DNA of 64,000 nt from a virus, in the IMG/VR virus record IMGVR_UViG_3300035698_009252, positions 64,001 through 128,000 of that record. One strand, given 5' to 3'. Under the pieces are notes generated by a model. The model was not told the origin of the DNA. It worked only from the letters and a program-made list of their open reading frames with translations, and did no database searches. Position numbers and translations under genes: made by a program. This document shows, piece after piece, positions 55,557 to 64,000 of this stretch; the stretch's first letter is position 1; every line of letters starts with the position of its first letter.

Positions 55557-55819
55557 TCACCTCCTTCAAATTGCTGCATGGCTTTTACGATGTCGGCCAA
55601 ATACGGCGCAACACCTTCGTCTAACGATTCCCTGGCGGAATCCAGTGCCGCCTTCTGAGGAACACTCTCTGCCTTGATTTTCGGCAAATTCTCGTTGATG
55701 ATTTGTACGCAGCGAATCATCATATCGATGGACTGGTCGACCATCTCCAAGGGCTCATCGCTCTCTTCTCCTTGTGCGACCCTGTTTGTCATTTTGGCTA
55801 TCCTCGTTTGGTCCATCAC
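55553..55819 (-). CDS. Short-leader protein (MDQTRIAKMTNRVA)
   Basis: Leader variant. Confidence 0.6.
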   Translation of the reverse strand: MMDQTRIAKMTNRVAQGEESDEPLEMVDQSIDMMIRCVQIINENLPKIKAESVPQKAALDSARESLDEGVAPYLADIVKAMQQFEGGE

Positions 55820-57291
55820 GCATACTCCTCTTTGAGAAGGCGGATGGCATCCTGCCTGGACAACTCCTTGCCCAACCCCGCCAATTCGTCCATCTTGTCC
55901 CGCAGAAATTGAATGGCTTTGCCCACTTCCGGTCCCTGACCTAACCCCAAAATCTGCTGTACCTCGTGCCCATTCAACGGTGGTTTCTCCGATATCGGGA
56001 TGTCCTGAACGTCCTCAATCATTTCGCGAAGCTTCGGAATTTCGTTCCGAGGCGGCAGATTCCCCAACAAATCAGCTTCGGCCAAGTCCAGCACGGCGTC
56101 AATCAACTCCTCACCCACATTGCGAATGAACTTCCGCAAAGCCTTCGGCCCCACCCTGTCGTCACGGGTCATGGCGTGTGGACGCATGTGCATCTCCACC
56201 ATGCGCCTGACAGACTTGATGTCCTTCTTCTCAAACTTCAACCGCCGCATGATGGCTTCGGCAATTTCCCCACCAACCTTTTCATGGCCAATGAACCGGA
56301 CCAGGCCGTCAAGAATCTCCCTGGACTTCGGCTTGCCCACGTCATGTAACAGGGCACCTAGCTGGTTTAGAACGCCTGGCTGGGCACTCCGCAACACCAG
56401 CATGGTGTGTTTGAAGACATCGCCCTCCTGGTGAGCACCACGGGTGTATTCATGTTCCACGCCCTGCATTGCCTCTATTTCCGGGAAGACGTACTTCAAC
56501 AACCCTAATACCTTCATCAACCGGATAGCCTGGGCCAGCTTGCCCACATCCATCACTTTGATAAGTTCATCTCGGATACGTTCCCCTGAGACAATCTTGA
56601 TACGGCCCGCATTCGCCCGCACAATCTTGATAACCGATATAGGAACCTTCCACCCATACTTAGCCTGGAAGCGAACCAGGCGAATCATCCTGAGAGGGTC
56701 TTGCCGGAGAATCTCGGCAAAGTCTACGCCCGGATGGCCCCGCAAGAGTCCCTTCTTGATGTCGGCCACGCTGGTCCCGGTCAAATCCTTCAGCTCGCCG
56801 GTTGTCAAATCCTTCAGGACCATGTTGACGGTAAAATCTCGGCGCTCGATATCTTCTTTCAGGGTGCCAGGCTCAGTTAGCCGCTGCCGGGAGTCCTCAT
56901 CAGGAAATGATTCCTTCTGAGCATCGGCAATCTCAATCTCCGCACCTGCGGTTGCGTACTCTTCGCCATCGAACTCTATATCGTCCTTGAAGGTGATAGC
57001 CCATATGGGGTACTTCCCTTTCTGGACTGGGCGGCTTGTCTCCCTCGTGAACTCGCGATGGAGATAGGTAGTGAGCTTCTTCGCTCCACCCTTCATCTCG
57101 ATGACAACGTCCAGGTCCTTGGACGGCAATCCCATGATTTCGTCACGAACGTATCCGCCCACCGCGAAGGTCTTATTGGCAAAGGGGGTGCCCCGCAGTA
57201 ACGCCTTCATCAGACGTTCCACTTCTTTCTCGGCGGATGCCGCCAAGATTTCGCGAGCTACCTTGAGCACTTCTTTGACCAATCCGTTCAT
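55816..57291 (-). CDS. cca: CCA-adding tRNA nucleotidyltransferase (class II) with HD domain, leader-tagged
   Basis: VGGYVRD..DLD, EDIERRDFTVN, DPLRMIR, ERIRDEL, HT..LLHDVGKP. Start MNGLVKEVLKVAREILAA. Confidence 0.88.
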   Translation of the reverse strand: MNGLVKEVLKVAREILAASAEKEVERLMKALLRGTPFANKTFAVGGYVRDEIMGLPSKDLDVVIEMKGGAKKLTTYLHREFTRETSRPVQKGKYPIWAITFKDDIEFDGEEYATAGAEIEIADAQKESFPDEDSRQRLTEPGTLKEDIERRDFTVNMVLKDLTTGELKDLTGTSVADIKKGLLRGHPGVDFAEILRQDPLRMIRLVRFQAKYGWKVPISVIKIVRANAGRIKIVSGERIRDELIKVMDVGKLAQAIRLMKVLGLLKYVFPEIEAMQGVEHEYTRGAHQEGDVFKHTMLVLRSAQPGVLNQLGALLHDVGKPKSREILDGLVRFIGHEKVGGEIAEAIMRRLKFEKKDIKSVRRMVEMHMRPHAMTRDDRVGPKALRKFIRNVGEELIDAVLDLAEADLLGNLPPRNEIPKLREMIEDVQDIPISEKPPLNGHEVQQILGLGQGPEVGKAIQFLRDKMDELAGLGKELSRQDAIRLLKEEYA

Positions 57292-57293
57292 AA

Positions 57294-57566
57294 TTACGGC
57301 AGAACATCTGCTGTTCTCTCCAGCTCCCAAGCCTCTTTCTCAAGGCTTGCCGCCACCTGCCCGCACAGTGATTCAAGATGTTTGTATGCCGACACCGCGC
57401 TATGGCAATCAGACGCCAACTCGTTAAGCATCAAGGAGTCGCCCGCCTCGTTCTTCGCGTCACGATACGTATTGAACCCCGCCGCCTTCATCACCCTTGC
57501 ACGCTCACGCTCCCGAGCAAGTACCGTGTCGAATGCCTTCCTGAACTGTCTATCAAACGTCGCCAT
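57294..57566 (-). CDS. Hypothetical protein
   Basis: 90 aa, SD GAGGTG. Confidence 0.6.
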   Translation of the reverse strand: MATFDRQFRKAFDTVLARERERARVMKAAGFNTYRDAKNEAGDSLMLNELASDCHSAVSAYKHLESLCGQVAASLEKEAWELERTADVLP

Positions 57567-57574
57567 GTCTCACC

Positions 57575-58150
57575 TCACTTTGCTGTTACAATTTCCGCGA
57601 AGATGCACTCCGCACAGTACTCTGCTCTGTGATTCCCCAACTCGAACCGCCGGATAATATCCTCAGCTTCCGGGGTCCGCACAATCCGGTCGGTTTCTGC
57701 CATCAACCAGTCTTGCCTCTTGAAATCCTTCTCACTGATGCCCTGCTCAGATTCAAAGATGTTGTGCAGCCCCGACTTCACCTTCCGATGGTAATTCTGT
57801 TCCGGCAGCATCAGCCCTTCCCAGGCTCCGGCTTCCGTCCTATCGAGAGGGTGGACTGACGATTTTTTAACCATTGGCCGACGACTTGGCTTCTTCACCG
57901 GACGGTCCTTGTTCTCATTCGTGTCCTTGTCCTTCTGTTCCGGCGTCTTGCGCCTGTCCCGATGCCGTTCCTTCACGTCATCCCGTGGGGGCTTGACATG
58001 CGGCTCACGGTCGCGCCCCTTGGACGTGCCACCCGTGTCCTGTATCAAGTCCTTGTCCTTGCGAACAACCTGATTCCCTCGGGACGCCAAAACGAATTGA
58101 GCAACCCGCTCAGCTATCGCGATTCTCTTTACTATGAGGTTTGCGTCCAT
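57575..58150 (-). CDS. Hypothetical protein with short leader (KRIAIAERVA)
   Basis: Coupled ORF. Confidence 0.6.
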   Translation of the reverse strand: MDANLIVKRIAIAERVAQFVLASRGNQVVRKDKDLIQDTGGTSKGRDREPHVKPPRDDVKERHRDRRKTPEQKDKDTNENKDRPVKKPSRRPMVKKSSVHPLDRTEAGAWEGLMLPEQNYHRKVKSGLHNIFESEQGISEKDFKRQDWLMAETDRIVRTPEAEDIIRRFELGNHRAEYCAECIFAEIVTAK

Positions 58151-58896
58151 TACCACTCTATGATTTGGTTCCGCTGGTCGTACTTGAACCTTGGCCGGAG
58201 CAGGGGCTCATCGTTCAGGGCCTGTACCATCTCTCTGGCATCGTTGTAATTCACGCGCTCGCCCAGGATAAGGTCACCCATCTCAAACCAGAAGTCCTCG
58301 CCCTGTGAGAATCCAGCATCCTCCAAGGTGCTCCCGACAATCTTCTCGAACCCCGCCACGCGGGCACTTGCCTCCAGGGACCGTTCCTTAACAATCCTGC
58401 CAATGATGGGTGCCTCGCGGTCTGCGAGCATGGCCACCTTCTCCTTTGGCTTGGCACGGCCCGGCTTGGCACCGAGCAGTTCGTTGACCATCTTCATCAT
58501 GTTATCCATGAGGCCCATGACTTCGCCCGGTGTAACCTGGCCATCACTCTTGATTTGCTCGATTTCCTGGGAGATACCATCCACGATAGATGTCAGGTCA
58601 TCTTCTGCCGGTGCGGATTCATCCACTGCCGCGTCCTCGGCTACCTCTTCCTCGGGAGCCTTTTCTTCCGGGGGCGTCTTTTCCTTACCCTTCGGTGGCT
58701 TCTTGTCTTTCTTCGACGGGGCCGCCTTCTCGTCCTCCTTCTTTTTGCCGTTCGTCTTCTCTTTGACTTTCTTGACAACCTTGCCTTTGTCGTTATTGGA
58801 AAGTTTCGCAAAACGCTCAAAAACGGGATTATCCCGAATGGAAGCGAGAAGAATTCTTCCCCATGCCACTCTGCCCTCAATCGCTTCTATATTCAT
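58150..58896 (-). CDS. Hypothetical protein next to portal
   Basis: 248 aa, with IEGRVA and SARVA motifs. Confidence 0.6.
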   Translation of the reverse strand: MNIEAIEGRVAWGRILLASIRDNPVFERFAKLSNNDKGKVVKKVKEKTNGKKKEDEKAAPSKKDKKPPKGKEKTPPEEKAPEEEVAEDAAVDESAPAEDDLTSIVDGISQEIEQIKSDGQVTPGEVMGLMDNMMKMVNELLGAKPGRAKPKEKVAMLADREAPIIGRIVKERSLEASARVAGFEKIVGSTLEDAGFSQGEDFWFEMGDLILGERVNYNDAREMVQALNDEPLLRPRFKYDQRNQIIEW

Positions 58897-58914
58897 TCCA
58901 TCCTCCTAACGGGG

Positions 58915-60876
58915 CTACATTGCCGCCCCGACTTCTTCAACCGCCTGTGATATATCGTCATCCGTCGCGCCCTCGGGCAACTGTTTGGCAATACCTTCGG
59001 CCACCGATTCAATATCCTCATCGGACAAAGCCGCCGCCGGAGCACCACCTTCTTCAGCCGGGGCACCTTCTTCTCCACTGCCAAAGTCGCCGAAGCCGCC
59101 GAATTCCCCTTCTTCTCCACCACCCTCACCGCCTCCCTCTTCTTCAGGCTGCTGGTATTCCAGGGCCAGGTACTTGGAAACCTTCTCGACAATGTCGGTC
59201 CGCTCTACAACCGCCCGGCCAATCTCTTCACTGGCCCCCTCGATAATCCGATTGAAGTTGGCATCCTTGACGGTGAACAGGTCTTCCAGCAACTGCGAGT
59301 CAATCTCGTCCGAGTTGAGGTTGAACAGCTCGTAGATGATATCCACGGGAATACTGCCCTTCTGGTAAAGCTGGAACAGGCTATCGAATACTTCCGCGTT
59401 GTCACGGATGGTAAGCCGGTTGAAGCCAACCTTCGGATACCAATATTCCTTGATGCCGTTGTCGTCCTCATCGTACCAGTTATGCGCTTCACAAATCGGG
59501 AGGAACAGGCTTTTCTCGATGTAATCCTGAAGCACCATCCTGGTAAGCAGGAACATCGTGTTTAAGATATCCACCGTGATTTTACTGCCACTGAAGGTGC
59601 TTTCACCTGTCAACAGCTCACGAGTAACACCCATCGCCGCAAAAACCTCACGCTCGATACGCTCATACTCGTCGGTGAGGCTGAGCAACCGGTCCTGTGC
59701 CCCTATCTGCTCCCAGGTCACCTCGTAGTTCGTCACGATGGTGTAGTCCGGGTCCAGGTAGCTCAAGTCAATCTGCGTGCGCAAATCATCCAACTCATCC
59801 CGCAGCAAACCAGGAGCCGTAACCATGTTCTTCGGAGTCATGTTACGGGATGCCAAACTGAGCTGGGTATACCGGTAATGCTCCTTTTGAAGCATGGGAA
59901 CCATTACGCGCTCCAGCACGGATGCACCAAGGTCCTGGTAGGGGGATTTCCGCCGGGAAATGTGGTGGACAAAAGAGCCCGTGCTGGGGTCACTGTCCAT
60001 CACAATGCAGTTCTGGTCCTTGACCATCGCCACAATCTCTGGCGGAATCCCTTCCAGAATCTCCCCGGTCATATTCGACCGGTCGCAATCCCCATCGGCA
60101 CCCGGAACCATCGAGCCACTACCATCCCCTGTGCCATGCCCAACGTTGTCCCTAATCAGCTTGATGAGCCGTTCGGGGCGATACTCGACACGCTTGTTCT
60201 TCTGGAAGGGGTATTCGAAGACGCCAACTTCCTCGGGTGGCAACATAACGGCCCGAGACCACATCTTCTTTTTATCGTCCCACTCGTGGAACATGTAGAC
60301 ATTGCCAATCATGTTCCATTCCCAGAGGATGCTCTGGCAGGTCTCAAAGCCGCCAATGACTTCCATCTGGTTGTTAAAGAACCGTAGAATATCGTCACGC
60401 TGCTTCTTCTTGAGCTTCTTCGAAACCTTGGGCATCGTGAGGGTAAGCTTCGACATGGGCAAGTCGGAGAGCAACTCCAAGGCCCGGCCAATGTAAGCGT
60501 CACTCCTCGCCCAGTATCGATACCAACTATACTTCTCCTTGAGGGTCGTCGGCCAATAGAGGATGCCGCCATTCTGCTCGTTCATCTGAACGAAGTAGCG
60601 GGGAATATCGTAGGTACCACTACGGCCTCCAAGCCCGTAAGCATACGACGTGCGGTACGCCTCAAGCTGATAGCCGGACTGGTAGTACGATGTGTCCTGG
60701 GACATATCGAGCATCATCCCAGCCTGCTTGTTCATGCCAAAGCCTCCCGCCCCCATCGCCTTCTTTGCGATACGGCCCTTGACGGGGTCGAGCTTACCTG
60801 TGCGGACTTTTGGTCGTGGCAGCCCTCCCTTGGTTGGGCTGGTCACTGGCGTTCTTTTGAGTTCTTCGTTTGCCAT
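58915..60876 (-). CDS. Portal protein
   Basis: 653 aa between terminase and protease. YIGRALELLSDLP, WNMIGNVY, HHISRRKSPY, acidic Gly-rich tail. Confidence 0.8.
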   Translation of the reverse strand: MANEELKRTPVTSPTKGGLPRPKVRTGKLDPVKGRIAKKAMGAGGFGMNKQAGMMLDMSQDTSYYQSGYQLEAYRTSYAYGLGGRSGTYDIPRYFVQMNEQNGGILYWPTTLKEKYSWYRYWARSDAYIGRALELLSDLPMSKLTLTMPKVSKKLKKKQRDDILRFFNNQMEVIGGFETCQSILWEWNMIGNVYMFHEWDDKKKMWSRAVMLPPEEVGVFEYPFQKNKRVEYRPERLIKLIRDNVGHGTGDGSGSMVPGADGDCDRSNMTGEILEGIPPEIVAMVKDQNCIVMDSDPSTGSFVHHISRRKSPYQDLGASVLERVMVPMLQKEHYRYTQLSLASRNMTPKNMVTAPGLLRDELDDLRTQIDLSYLDPDYTIVTNYEVTWEQIGAQDRLLSLTDEYERIEREVFAAMGVTRELLTGESTFSGSKITVDILNTMFLLTRMVLQDYIEKSLFLPICEAHNWYDEDDNGIKEYWYPKVGFNRLTIRDNAEVFDSLFQLYQKGSIPVDIIYELFNLNSDEIDSQLLEDLFTVKDANFNRIIEGASEEIGRAVVERTDIVEKVSKYLALEYQQPEEEGGGEGGGEEGEFGGFGDFGSGEEGAPAEEGGAPAAALSDEDIESVAEGIAKQLPEGATDDDISQAVEEVGAAM

Positions 60877-60878
60877 GA

Positions 60879-61421
60879 TTATGCCCTACCCATCTTGCTC
60901 TCAGACGCACCACGCTCAAACGCATACAACAATCGCTTAAGCCGGACTGTTCTTGCAGCATTCATACGATGTTTACCCAAAACGCCTTCATGTGTTGCCA
61001 GCGCCTTGTAGAGTCCTCTCACGGAATCTAACGCTGTGTCAATGCCCTTATTCACATCAGTAGCAGCCGTTCGCAGTTCTTTGCTCTCATCTTCGGCCTC
61101 TACAATCTCCCGGCGTCTGACTGCCGCCCGGTCAAGTTTCTTCGCCTGCCGAACCGTCCGGGCCTTGTCCTGAGCCTTATCCGTCTCTTCCGCGACATCA
61201 TTATCGTACCGCTCCTGGGCCGCCTTCAGCTCCCGCAATAACGGATGGCCTTCGGGCAAACCTGCAAGGTCTCCACCGGACTCTGCCACCAAGGCTTCCG
61301 CCTCACCAGCGAGAGGGTGACCCTCGGGAAGAGCTTCAACCATTTCCCGTATCTCTGCCCGTTTCAACGTGCTCTCTACGGCCCTTACGCCGGAAAGAGA
61401 ATCCAATCCTACTTTATTCAT
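60879..61421 (-). CDS. Hypothetical helical protein
   Basis: LPEGHPL occurs twice. SD GGAGG. Confidence 0.6.
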   Translation of the reverse strand: MNKVGLDSLSGVRAVESTLKRAEIREMVEALPEGHPLAGEAEALVAESGGDLAGLPEGHPLLRELKAAQERYDNDVAEETDKAQDKARTVRQAKKLDRAAVRRREIVEAEDESKELRTAATDVNKGIDTALDSVRGLYKALATHEGVLGKHRMNAARTVRLKRLLYAFERGASESKMGRA

Positions 61422-61456
61422 ATTTCCCTCCTTTGGAGGATGGCCACACAACGTGG

Positions 61457-61870
61457 TCAATCTTCGACACCTGCTTCTTCTTCCATTGCCTTCAATCGCG
61501 TGTAGTAATCCTTGATTTCTGCCAAGTGGTCTAGGGTAATCCTCACCGCCACGAACATGCAGGACGTGTGCTCCATCTCAATCTCAATGCCCATCGCGAG
61601 TTCCGTCGGGTCTGCATCATCCGCCGTGAACCCTTTCTCATTCGCCCGCCCAGCAAACAAAAACGTCGTGAACAGGGTCGCCAGCCGGTAAGCCGCTGCC
61701 TCTGCCACATGCTTATCCATGCCCTCTTCTTCGGCCCATGCGTGGAAATCGCTGTCACTGGGAGCCGGGTGCTCCTGAAGGAACTTGGCCACCTGCAACG
61801 CCATGGGGTCAATCCCCATCGTGTCTGCCGCAACCCTGCCCGCAATTTTCTCGAACCTGTTCATTTTCAC
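61457..61870 (-). CDS. Short-leader DUF5661-like protein
   Basis: RFEKIAGRVAA, then ELAMGIEIEMEH...DHLAEIKDYYTRL. Confidence 0.7.
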   Translation of the reverse strand: MKMNRFEKIAGRVAADTMGIDPMALQVAKFLQEHPAPSDSDFHAWAEEEGMDKHVAEAAAYRLATLFTTFLFAGRANEKGFTADDADPTELAMGIEIEMEHTSCMFVAVRITLDHLAEIKDYYTRLKAMEEEAGVED

Positions 61871-62481
61871 GCTCCCATCGCTGCAACTGCAATAACGTAA
61901 TTACCTTCCACGACATTCGAATACTTCGCACAGACGAAGCCAGTCCAGCCATGAGCCCCGGATTCCTGCTCACTAGTCAAACGGCCCCGGTTACTGACAT
62001 ACAGCAAGGCTCCCGACGTATACGTCAGGGCGGCTCCTGTCCCCGGCGTTGTCCGTTCGGCCAAGTCGTTCACCTCGAAAACATAGAATTTGTGGAACCC
62101 GGTTGGCGGCACAACCATTGTCGCAATCCGTGTCCCCTGACGCTGAAGTTGAAAATCCCCATCCAGAGAGAACTTTGCCGATGCATCGAACGATGACCAA
62201 TCGGCCTTGTTGGAACCACCATCCCTTTGCCTGGTATCCGTGGTCCACATGTCGCTCAGTTGTTCAACTGGCTGATTATGCTGCGGACCCGTTTTCAGGA
62301 ACCCGGCAAGTATGCCCGTTCCATCCGAGAGGTCTACGGTACACATCGCCCCGGAAAAGGTGATATCTATCGCGGCATACTTCACCCATGCGCCGGGCAT
62401 CCAGCCATCTGTGGCCAGAACTCCCGTCGGCTCAACTGGTACTTCTTCACCAGCTTTCAATGGATAATAGAGGTCGCCCAT
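61867..62481 (-). CDS. Capsid decoration-like protein (paralog of 47792-48286)
   Basis: YTSGALLYVSNRGRLTSE vs WAVGNKLYGSAQGMLTNE. Confidence 0.5.
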   Translation of the reverse strand: MGDLYYPLKAGEEVPVEPTGVLATDGWMPGAWVKYAAIDITFSGAMCTVDLSDGTGILAGFLKTGPQHNQPVEQLSDMWTTDTRQRDGGSNKADWSSFDASAKFSLDGDFQLQRQGTRIATMVVPPTGFHKFYVFEVNDLAERTTPGTGAALTYTSGALLYVSNRGRLTSEQESGAHGWTGFVCAKYSNVVEGNYVIAVAAMGA

Positions 62482-62489
62482 TTTCGCTC

Positions 62490-63569
62490 TCAGTCCCTGT
62501 ATTCGATTGGTATCCCTATACTATTGGCAAGAATATCAAATAATTCTCCATGTGGGCTATCAGTTTTTCCGATAAGGGCATGAATCAACTCGTGCCCTAC
62601 AACAGCCTTCCACTTGTCCGCTGTGAAATTCTTCGGGCTGATGGTAATCAGTCCCTTTCCCCGGCCCTCATCCAGGTCCAGGGGAAGATATGACCCGACC
62701 TTGCCTTCCGGGAGGTCCCAGTCATTAATTTGAATCTGTAAGGGGATATACGGAGGCAACGCGCCCTCTACCTCCTCGTAAGCCGCCTCTAGCAAGGGGA
62801 TTACGTCTTTGGAGTAAGCCATCGCCATGCGCCAGTAAGCCCAGTTCTCGACCGCAAGTTGGACGGCAATCCGACTATCTGAGGCATTCTTGATCTTCTT
62901 GACGGTGCCATTCTTAACGTAGGCTTCCTCGACACCCGGCAAGAGATAATGTTGTTTCAGGGTTGCTTGTTGGTGCCCCACCTTCTCGGCAACGGCTTTC
63001 AAAACCTCCCTAAATTGTTTTTTTCGTTCGTCGGGGTCCTTCGGGGTCTTGCTGTTCTTCAGCATGTTATAGACCAGGGTGTTGGCGGCATAGCCCCGGA
63101 TGTCCTTTGCCGTAACCCCAAACTCCTTCAAGTACCGGTTTACCTGGGGGGCCTTAATGTGCAACCCCTCAGAAGTCACCAGGACCGGTCCATTCTTGTC
63201 CTTACAGTTCCCTTTGCATGCATTCAAGAGCTTGGCAATTAGCTTATCGGTGAATGTCTTCTCGTGGTCGACCCCGGACTTCCCGGTGTACTTGAACGTA
63301 ATGGTGTTGCCGGAAATCGTCATCTGACTCTTCTTGAAGCCCGTTACTCCGACATGCCCGTCCTTGGCAGACGATTCGTTGCCAACCCGCTCTGCCGTCT
63401 TATCGATGATTGCTACCGCCAAGGCCGTAATCCGCGTTTTCTCGTCATCGGACTTCATGTCCTTGGTGATTTTGCTCCGCAGCTTGTGAATCTGCTGGGC
63501 AAGAGAACGGACGGACTTCGTCTTTTTCTGTCGCCGGGTCTGCTCTTCTGGTGTCATTGGCTTTGGCAT
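62490..63569 (-). CDS. DNA topoisomerase IB catalytic domain fused to a SprT-like zinc metalloprotease
   Basis: Catalytic pentad in RVGN, GKSG, KDIR, VGH, TLKQHY. C-terminal GHELIHAL...PHGELF. Confidence 0.8.
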   Translation of the reverse strand: MPKPMTPEEQTRRQKKTKSVRSLAQQIHKLRSKITKDMKSDDEKTRITALAVAIIDKTAERVGNESSAKDGHVGVTGFKKSQMTISGNTITFKYTGKSGVDHEKTFTDKLIAKLLNACKGNCKDKNGPVLVTSEGLHIKAPQVNRYLKEFGVTAKDIRGYAANTLVYNMLKNSKTPKDPDERKKQFREVLKAVAEKVGHQQATLKQHYLLPGVEEAYVKNGTVKKIKNASDSRIAVQLAVENWAYWRMAMAYSKDVIPLLEAAYEEVEGALPPYIPLQIQINDWDLPEGKVGSYLPLDLDEGRGKGLITISPKNFTADKWKAVVGHELIHALIGKTDSPHGELFDILANSIGIPIEYRD

Positions 63570-64000
63570 TATCGTACCGCTCCTGGCATTTTCCTTCTCG
63601 GGGCACCAAGCCTGGGGTGTTCGCCGTGTTTCTTGAGCCGATCTAACTGGAATGTCTTCATCGTGGTTTGCTTCACTCGGAGTTCGGGCGGTCCCCTGTA
63701 TGCACTTCCGACTCTACCTCCCGAAGCCATACCCCCTGCCCCCGTGACAAGATTCGGATTCTGCTTCTTGAAAGTGGTATAGCAAAGCCAGACGGCCCGC
63801 GCAAAAGCATCAGAGATGTCATCGTGAGCACCACGACGATTCGGAGCCCGGACAATAAGGATATTCTTGCTTCGCTTCTCTCCCTCCAGGGTCAATATCT
63901 CCGGTATCAAGACCGGATGGTCATAAACCCTAAGCAAGCTCTCGGCATAAAGTCGTTTTGTTAGCTCGTAGACTTGGTGGTTCTTCTTGTCGGTAAAATG
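63569..64000 (-). CDS. terL: Terminase large subunit, C-terminal nuclease part (partial)
   Basis: Frame open to the window edge. EILTLE...APNRRGAHDDISDAFARAV, located upstream of portal. Confidence 0.75.
   Translation of the reverse strand, partial: HFTDKKNHQVYELTKRLYAESLLRVYDHPVLIPEILTLEGEKRSKNILIVRAPNRRGAHDDISDAFARAVWLCYTTFKKQNPNLVTGAGGMASGGRVGSAYRGPPELRVKQTTMKTFQLDRLKKHGEHPRLGAPRRKMPGAVR

Overview
A 64 kb segment of a large tailed dsDNA bacteriophage genome. Essentially all genes are on the minus strand. In transcription order (right to left): terminase large subunit C-terminus, a topoisomerase IB-SprT-like fusion, portal, CCA-adding/HD enzyme, prohead protease, scaffold, decoration protein and HK97-type major capsid protein. 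A ~19 kb accessory block follows: homing endonucleases, intein-containing RecQ, a GH16 hydrolase, ART, AAA ATPase, a 2.3 kb ncRNA array with tmRNA and tRNA-fMet, an ACP-like protein and Ro60/TROVE. Next comes an ~18 kb array of small genes, then head-tail joining and tail genes. The most striking signals are: (1) roughly 40 otherwise unrelated proteins share an N-terminal amphipathic leader (M-x4-IAxELVAVAxxL-x-A or RIAxRVA), which looks like a modular capsid-targeting tag for a virion-delivered protein arsenal; (2) an array of structured RNAs with tRNA-like ends and a Y-RNA-like RNA beside Ro60; (3) a RecQ intein whose endonuclease is overprinted in a different reading frame; (4) an ACP lacking its phosphopantetheine serine; (5) a bipartite TTTGATA-N8-ATAGG motif, probably a late promoter. 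All calls come from reading motifs by eye; no database searches were run.
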